A stretch of DNA of 64,000 bases from an uncultured bacterium (lineage in GTDB: Bacteria > JAGRBM01 > JAHCIT01), in NCBI GenBank assembly GCA_964565925.1, contig CAZMGV010000006.1, positions 128,997-192,996 of the forward strand, written 5' to 3'. Positions 58,677-64,000 of the stretch are shown here, piece by piece (positions within the stretch are counted from its first letter, which is position 1; the number at the start of each line of letters is the position of its first letter). A program made the position numbers and the translations under genes. Below the pieces are notes generated by a model. It made no database searches. It worked only from the letters and a program-made list of their open reading frames with translations, and was not told the origin of the DNA.

Positions 58677-59665
58677 TGGCGGAACTTTCATACCGCGAGG
58701 CGCTCAACCGGGCGATGGCCGAAGAGATGGCGCGCGACCCCGACGTGTTCATCATGGGCGAGGAAGTGGGCCAGTACCAGGGCGCCTACAAGGTGACCAA
58801 GGGGCTCATGGACAAGTTCGGCGAGGACCGCGTGGTCGATACGCCGATCACCGAGGCCGGGTTCGTCGGCGTGGGCGTGGGAGCCGCCATGTGCGGTCTC
58901 AGGCCCGTTATCGAGCTGATGACCTGGAACTTCTCGTTCGTCGCCTACGACCAGATCATCAACAACGCCGCCAAGCTGCACTACATGTCGGGCGGCAAGA
59001 TCAAGATTCCGATCGTCTTCCGGGGGCCGCAGGGGGCGGCACATCAGCTTGCCGCGCAGCATTCGCAGAGCGTGGAGCCGTTGTTCTGTTTCTTCCCCGG
59101 CCTCACGGTCGTGGCCCCCAGCACGCCGCGCGACGCCTACGGCCTGCTCAAGACGGCGATCCGGGACGACAACCCCGTTATCTTCCTGGAGAGCGAGGTC
59201 CTCTATAACGCCAAGGGACCGGTCGAAGACGAGGAGTTCCTGATCCCGCTGGGCAGGGGCGAGATCAAGCGCGAAGGCACCGACGTCACGATCATCGCCT
59301 GGAACAAGATGCTCTATGTGGCGCTCACCGCCGCCGAGCGGCTCTCGCAGCAGGGGATTTCGGCGGAAGTCGTGGACCCCCGGACCTTAAGGCCGCTGGA
59401 CGACAAGCTGATCTTCAACAGCGTCCGCAAGACCAACCACTGCGTGATCGTGGAAGAGTCCTACCCCCACAACAGCGTGGGCTGCGAGATCTCCGACCGC
59501 ATTCACCGCAACTGCTTCGACTACCTCGACTCCCCCGTGGCGCGGGTGAATTCGCAGGACGTGCCGATGCCTTACGCCAAATACCTGGAACACGCCGTCA
59601 TGCCCGAGGTCTCTCAGGTGATCGACGCCGTGAAGCAGGTTCTCTACATCGACGACAAGGAGTAA
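58676..59665 (+). CDS. pdhB: Pyruvate dehydrogenase E1 component beta subunit
   Basis: Transketolase-like pyrimidine-binding and C-terminal domains. ATGG overlap with pdhA. Confidence 0.95.
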   Translation: MAELSYREALNRAMAEEMARDPDVFIMGEEVGQYQGAYKVTKGLMDKFGEDRVVDTPITEAGFVGVGVGAAMCGLRPVIELMTWNFSFVAYDQIINNAAKLHYMSGGKIKIPIVFRGPQGAAHQLAAQHSQSVEPLFCFFPGLTVVAPSTPRDAYGLLKTAIRDDNPVIFLESEVLYNAKGPVEDEEFLIPLGRGEIKREGTDVTIIAWNKMLYVALTAAERLSQQGISAEVVDPRTLRPLDDKLIFNSVRKTNHCVIVEESYPHNSVGCEISDRIHRNCFDYLDSPVARVNSQDVPMPYAKYLEHAVMPEVSQVIDAVKQVLYIDDKE

Positions 59666-59671
59666 CAGACA

Positions 59672-61006
59672 ATGGCCTATGTACTCGCCATGCTCCGGTT
59701 ATCGGACACGATGACCGAGGGCGTGCTGCTCAAGTGGAAGAAGAAGGAAGGCGACAAGGTCGAGGTCGGCGATGTGATCGCGGAAGTCGAGACCGACAAG
59801 GCGGTCATGGACCTCGAATCGCCGGAGGCCGGCATCCTGCGCCGCTACCTGATCCTGGAAGGCGCGACGGTTCCGGTCGGCGCGCCCATCGCGATCATCG
59901 CGGGCGCCGACGAGGCCATCGACGACATCCTGTCGAAGCTGAAAGGTTCCGGCGACACGGCCAAGCGCCCGGTCTCCACCAAGCCGCCTCCCAAGCCGGC
60001 GGCTCCGGCGGCACCGGTTGCCGCGGCAGGTTCCGGCGTTCCGCCGCCGCCTCCCCCGCAGGCGGAATCTTCCGACGATATGGACAACGGCCGGATCAAG
60101 GTGTCGCCGCTGGCGGCGCGGCTTGCCGCCGAACACGGCATCAAGCTGGACCGCGTGCGCGGTTCGGGCCCGGGCGGCCGTGTGGTGAAGAAGGACGTGG
60201 AAGCGGCGATCTCCGCCGGAGCCAGTTCCGCCGCCGCGACCCCGCCGTCGCCGTCGGAGACTTCCAGCGCCCCGCATTCCCACAAGGACAAGCTTCTCGA
60301 CACGAGCGGCGACGAGTACGGCCCCGGCGAAAGCGTCCCCCACTCGCAGATGCGCAAGGCCATCGCCCGCCGCATGGTGCAGTCCAAGCCCGGCGTGCCG
60401 CACTACTACCTCACGGTGGCGGTCGACATGGAAAACGCCATCGACTTCCGGCAGCAGCTGAACAAGGCGCTGCCCGAGACGGACAAGATCTCGATGACCG
60501 ACATCATCGTGAAAGCGGCCGCCCGGGCGTTGCTCCAGAATCCGCGTGTGAACGCGAGCTGGACCGAAGAGGCCGTCGTGCTTCACCCCTCGGCCGACAT
60601 CGGTCTTGCGGTGGCGCTCGCCGACGGGATACTGACGCCGGTGATCCGCAACTGCGAAAAACGGGGACTGCTCGAAATCTCCCGCGAGCGGCGGCTGCTC
60701 ACCCAGCGGGCGCGGGACCGCAAACTCACGCCCGAACAGTTCACGGGCGGTACGTTCTCGATCTCGAACCTCGGCATGTACGACATCGCCCATTTCACGG
60801 CGATCATCTCCGAACCTGAAGTGGCGATCCTCGCCGTCGGCACGATCCGCGACATCGCGGTCGTGCGCGGCGGAAGCGTCGTACCGGGCAAGCGCATGGA
60901 CGTGACCATGTCGTGCGATCACCGGGTGATCGACGGCGCCGTGGGTGCGGCCTTCATGAAAGACCTGAAGGGCATGCTCGAGCATCCGGCCACGCTGGTA
61001 CTGTAA
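59672..61006 (+). CDS. pdhC: Dihydrolipoamide acetyltransferase (E2)
   Basis: Lipoyl domain (ETDKA), Pro/Ala linker, E3-binding domain, and catalytic DHRVIDG motif. Confidence 0.9.
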   Translation: MAYVLAMLRLSDTMTEGVLLKWKKKEGDKVEVGDVIAEVETDKAVMDLESPEAGILRRYLILEGATVPVGAPIAIIAGADEAIDDILSKLKGSGDTAKRPVSTKPPPKPAAPAAPVAAAGSGVPPPPPPQAESSDDMDNGRIKVSPLAARLAAEHGIKLDRVRGSGPGGRVVKKDVEAAISAGASSAAATPPSPSETSSAPHSHKDKLLDTSGDEYGPGESVPHSQMRKAIARRMVQSKPGVPHYYLTVAVDMENAIDFRQQLNKALPETDKISMTDIIVKAAARALLQNPRVNASWTEEAVVLHPSADIGLAVALADGILTPVIRNCEKRGLLEISRERRLLTQRARDRKLTPEQFTGGTFSISNLGMYDIAHFTAIISEPEVAILAVGTIRDIAVVRGGSVVPGKRMDVTMSCDHRVIDGAVGAAFMKDLKGMLEHPATLVL

Positions 61007-61047
61007 CCGGCCTCCGGCCGGCGTTCCGTAACTGGAGTTCTCTCAAG

Positions 61048-62466
61048 ATGGCTGAATCATCCTATGACGTGATCGTGATCGGTGCGGGCCCCGGCGGTTA
61101 TCCGGCGGCGATCCGTGCCGCGCAGCAGGGGCTGAAAGCCGCCATCGTCGAACGCGAGACCCTTGGCGGCATCTGTCTCAACTGGGGCTGCATCCCGACC
61201 AAGGCACTGCTCAAATCGTCGGAATTCTACGACCACGTCAAACATGCCGCCGACTACGGCGTCATTGCGGAAAATATCGGTCTCGACTGGCCGCGCGTCA
61301 TCAAGCGGTCCCGCCAGGTATCCGACCGGCTCACCAAGGGCATCGGCGCGCTCATGAAGAAGCACAAGATCGACGTGCTCATGGGAACGGCGGTGATCGA
61401 GAAGCCGGGCCGGGTCGTCGTCACGAACGCGGAGCGCCAGGCGACCGCCTACGCGGCGAAGCACGTCATCATCGCCACCGGCGGCCGCCCGCGTGAGCTC
61501 AAGGGGATGGAGTTCAACCGCGACACGATCATCACCTCGCGCGAGGCGATGATCCTGCCGGAAAAACCCGAGTCGCTCGCCATTATCGGCGCGGGTGCCA
61601 TCGGAATCGAGTTCGCCAGTTTTTACGCCACCATGGGCACCAAGGTAACGGTGATCGAGGCGCTTCCGCAGATTCTGCCCATCGAGGACCCGGAGATCGT
61701 CGCCGTCGTCCAGAAGTCGATGGAAAAGCAGGGCGTGGGTTTCCATGTGAACGCCAAAGTCGACAAGGTCGTCGCCACCGGATCGGGCGCTTCCGGCTTC
61801 GTCACACTCGACGTCGTCACGGCTGCGGGCGAGAAGCTCCAGGTGAAGGCGTCGAAGCTGCTGGTCGCCGCCGGAGTGGTCGGAAACGTCGAACACCTGG
61901 GTCTCGAAGCCCTTGGCGTGAAAACCGACCGCGGTTTCATCGTCGTGGACAAGGCGACCTACGGGACGTCGGTGCCCGGAGTTTATGCCATCGGCGACGT
62001 GATCGGTCCGCCTCTGCTCGCCCATGTGGCGACCAAGGAGGCCATCGCCTGCGTCGACCATTTCACGGGCCACAACGAAAGCTACGTGAACTACGACAAC
62101 ATTCCGGGCTGCACCTACTGCATGCCGCAGATGGCGAGCGTCGGCCTCACGGAAAAGAAAGCCATCGAGAAATATCCCGACTTCGTGAAGGTGGGGCGGT
62201 TCCCGTTCCGCGCGTCGGGCAAGGCGCTGGCGGCTGGCGACTGGGACGGCCTCGTGAAAGTCGTGACCCATTCGCGCACCGGGGAGATTCTCGGCGTCCA
62301 CATGGTGGGCGCGGAAGTGCCCGAACTGATCCCCGAGATCGTCATGGCTCGCGAGATGGAACTCACCGTTCACGAACTGCACACGATGATGCACGCCCAC
62401 CCGACGCTGGCCGAAGCCGTCATGGAGGCCGCCGCCGATGCGCTGGGCGAGGCCATTCACATCTGA
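61048..62466 (+). CDS. lpdA: Dihydrolipoyl dehydrogenase (E3)
   Basis: GAGPGGY FAD motif, redox-active CLNWGCIPTK, and C-terminal HAHPTLAE. Confidence 0.9.
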   Translation: MAESSYDVIVIGAGPGGYPAAIRAAQQGLKAAIVERETLGGICLNWGCIPTKALLKSSEFYDHVKHAADYGVIAENIGLDWPRVIKRSRQVSDRLTKGIGALMKKHKIDVLMGTAVIEKPGRVVVTNAERQATAYAAKHVIIATGGRPRELKGMEFNRDTIITSREAMILPEKPESLAIIGAGAIGIEFASFYATMGTKVTVIEALPQILPIEDPEIVAVVQKSMEKQGVGFHVNAKVDKVVATGSGASGFVTLDVVTAAGEKLQVKASKLLVAAGVVGNVEHLGLEALGVKTDRGFIVVDKATYGTSVPGVYAIGDVIGPPLLAHVATKEAIACVDHFTGHNESYVNYDNIPGCTYCMPQMASVGLTEKKAIEKYPDFVKVGRFPFRASGKALAAGDWDGLVKVVTHSRTGEILGVHMVGAEVPELIPEIVMAREMELTVHELHTMMHAHPTLAEAVMEAAADALGEAIHI

Positions 62467-64000
62467 GGACCGGGGGACGGACGGGCCGCTCGAGATCGAA
62501 CTCTGGCGATCCCGCAAGCCGGTGCCTTATGCGCCCTCTTTCGAGCGGCAAAAGGCTCACGCCGCTCTGGTGTCGGAGGGCCGCGCCCGGCCGGTGCTGT
62601 GGCTCCTTGAGCACGAGCGCGTCGTCACGGTCGGCAAAAGCGGCGCCGAAGGGCTGCTCAAGTCGTCTCCAGAGGAACTGAACGCATCGGGCGTCGACTT
62701 CGTCGAGGCCGACCGGGGCGGAAAAATTACCTACCACGGGCCGGGCCAACTGGTCGGCTACCCGATGCTCCCTATCCAGCAGATCGAACTCTCCACCCAT
62801 GTCCACCTGATGGAAGACGCCCTCATCCGGACGCTGGCGGATTTCGGTATCGACGCCTGGATCGATCCGCCGTTCACGGGCGTCTGGACCGAGCGCGGAA
62901 AGATCGCGGCCATCGGCGTGCGGCTGTCGAAAAACGTGACGACCCACGGGTTCGCGCTGAATGTCACCACCGACCTCAAAGACTTCGACCTGATCGTCCC
63001 GTGCGGCCTCGAAGGCAAGCGCGTGACCTCCATGCGGGAGTTCCTGGGCGGCAAAACCCCGTCTATGGACGACGTCGCCGCCCGGTTCACCGGGATTTTC
63101 TGCGAACTGTACAAGGTGACCGTCGCCGTCGAGCGCGAGATCGAACCCGAAGGCGAAACCGTTTCGCTGCCGGAGCGCAACGTCCCGCACCGGGACCGGA
63201 CAAAACTTGTCGCCACCTACGAGAACGGCATGCCGGGCCGCAAGCCCCCGTGGCTCAAAGTCCCGCTCCCGTCGGGCAAGAACTACCTGGACCTCAAGGC
63301 CCGCGTCGCCCGTGAAGGGCTCAACACCGTCTGCGAGAGCGCCAGCTGCCCCAATATCGGCGAATGCTGGGAGCGGCGCTCGCTCACGCTGATGATTCTC
63401 GGCCACACCTGCACAAGACGCTGCGGCTTCTGCGACGTGGCGACGGGACGTCCGGCGCATCCGGACCCTGACGAACCCCAGAAGGTCGCAAGGCTCCTGA
63501 AAGATCTGAATCTCTTGTACGCCGTCGTGACCTCCGTGGACCGGGACGACCTCGCGGACAAGGGCGCCGCCCATTGGGCCGCCGTGATCCGTGAAGTCCG
63601 CCGGACCGTTCCGGCGCTGAAGATCGAGGTGCTGGTGCCCGATTTCCAGGGCGACGAAGCGGCGCAGCGGATCGTTTTTCACGAGAAACCGGACATCCTC
63701 GCCCACAATCTTGAGACCGTTCCGCGCCTTAACAAACTGGTCCGCCCGCAGGCCCGCTACGACCGGTCGATAGAGATGCTGGAACGGTCATCGAAATTTC
63801 CGCTGCTCACCAAGAGCGGCCTGATGCTGGGCCTTGGCGAGACCGACGCGGAAGTGTTCGAAGTCCTGCGCGACCTGCGCAAGGCGGGGGTCGGAGTGGT
63901 CACGCTCGGGCAGTATCTGCGGCCGTCGGTCGCCCACCTGCCGCTGACGAGATGGGTGACGCCCGAGCAGTTCGCGGAGTTCAAACGCTACGGCGAGGAC
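62438..64000 (+). CDS. lipB-lipA: Octanoyltransferase LipB fused in-frame to lipoyl synthase LipA (3' end outside window)
   Basis: LipB motifs (RGGKITYHGPGQLVGY, KIAAIGVRL, HGFALNV). The same uninterrupted frame then continues into LipA motifs (CPNIGECW, CTRRCGFC). ATG at 62438 overlaps the lpdA end. Confidence 0.7.
   Translation, partial: MRWARPFTSEDRGTDGPLEIELWRSRKPVPYAPSFERQKAHAALVSEGRARPVLWLLEHERVVTVGKSGAEGLLKSSPEELNASGVDFVEADRGGKITYHGPGQLVGYPMLPIQQIELSTHVHLMEDALIRTLADFGIDAWIDPPFTGVWTERGKIAAIGVRLSKNVTTHGFALNVTTDLKDFDLIVPCGLEGKRVTSMREFLGGKTPSMDDVAARFTGIFCELYKVTVAVEREIEPEGETVSLPERNVPHRDRTKLVATYENGMPGRKPPWLKVPLPSGKNYLDLKARVAREGLNTVCESASCPNIGECWERRSLTLMILGHTCTRRCGFCDVATGRPAHPDPDEPQKVARLLKDLNLLYAVVTSVDRDDLADKGAAHWAAVIREVRRTVPALKIEVLVPDFQGDEAAQRIVFHEKPDILAHNLETVPRLNKLVRPQARYDRSIEMLERSSKFPLLTKSGLMLGLGETDAEVFEVLRDLRKAGVGVVTLGQYLRPSVAHLPLTRWVTPEQFAEFKRYGED

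Noticed and set aside
59699-63706. Several long minus-strand ORFs (59699-60985, 61057-62517, 62420-63706) opposite the PDH E2, lpdA and lipB genes
   Set aside because: Antisense artefacts. The plus-strand genes have strong, specific motifs and operon organisation.

Overview
This is a high-GC (about 65%) bacterial chromosomal segment, densely coded on both strands. Gene content is consistent with a deltaproteobacterial or Myxococcota-like organism: sigma-54 enhancer-binding regulators, a DUF4388 receiver protein, stand-alone MshEN/GspE-N domain proteins and an orphan type IV pilin. That taxonomic guess is tentative.

Most of the window is housekeeping or ordinary metabolism:
- a dCache histidine kinase and NtrC-type regulator operon
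- pyruvate phosphate dikinase, glycine-tRNA ligase, galU, holA, rpsT
- SCP2 and CoA-transferase III genes, RluA, and an Opp/Dpp-type peptide ABC transporter
- an ECF sigma/anti-sigma pair and a beta-carbonic anhydrase
- a QueD/PTPS-FolE-SDR-MBL cluster that looks like a pterin (BH4) pathway
- a PilR-like regulator with a pilin gene
- a MocR regulator, ilvE, pterin-4a-carbinolamine dehydratase
- the pyruvate dehydrogenase operon pdhA-pdhB-E2-lpdA, followed by what appears to be a lipB-lipA fusion running off the window end

The accessory-looking part is roughly 5.5-17.5 kb:
- An AmmeMemoRadiSam-type radical SAM enzyme in an unusual operon (6235-7356).
- A Doc/Phd toxin-antitoxin mini-cassette bracketed by 51-bp direct repeats that duplicate the 3' end of ppdK (8362-9247).
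- The most striking item: a visibly lower-GC island (about 13.5-17.0 kb) encoding a roughly 1030-aa fusion of a PLD/HKD-like nuclease, an SF2 (ResIII/DEAH) helicase and a DUF3427-like C-terminus, plus a small ORF. It resembles a single-protein restriction/defence module that I cannot assign to a named defence system.
- A 490-bp noncoding tract next to the island with 10-bp-periodic tandem repeats and a roughly 22-bp inverted repeat (17000-17486).

I saw no rRNA, tRNA, CRISPR array, integrase or transposase. All calls come from reading the sequence and the supplied ORF translations; no database searches were run.
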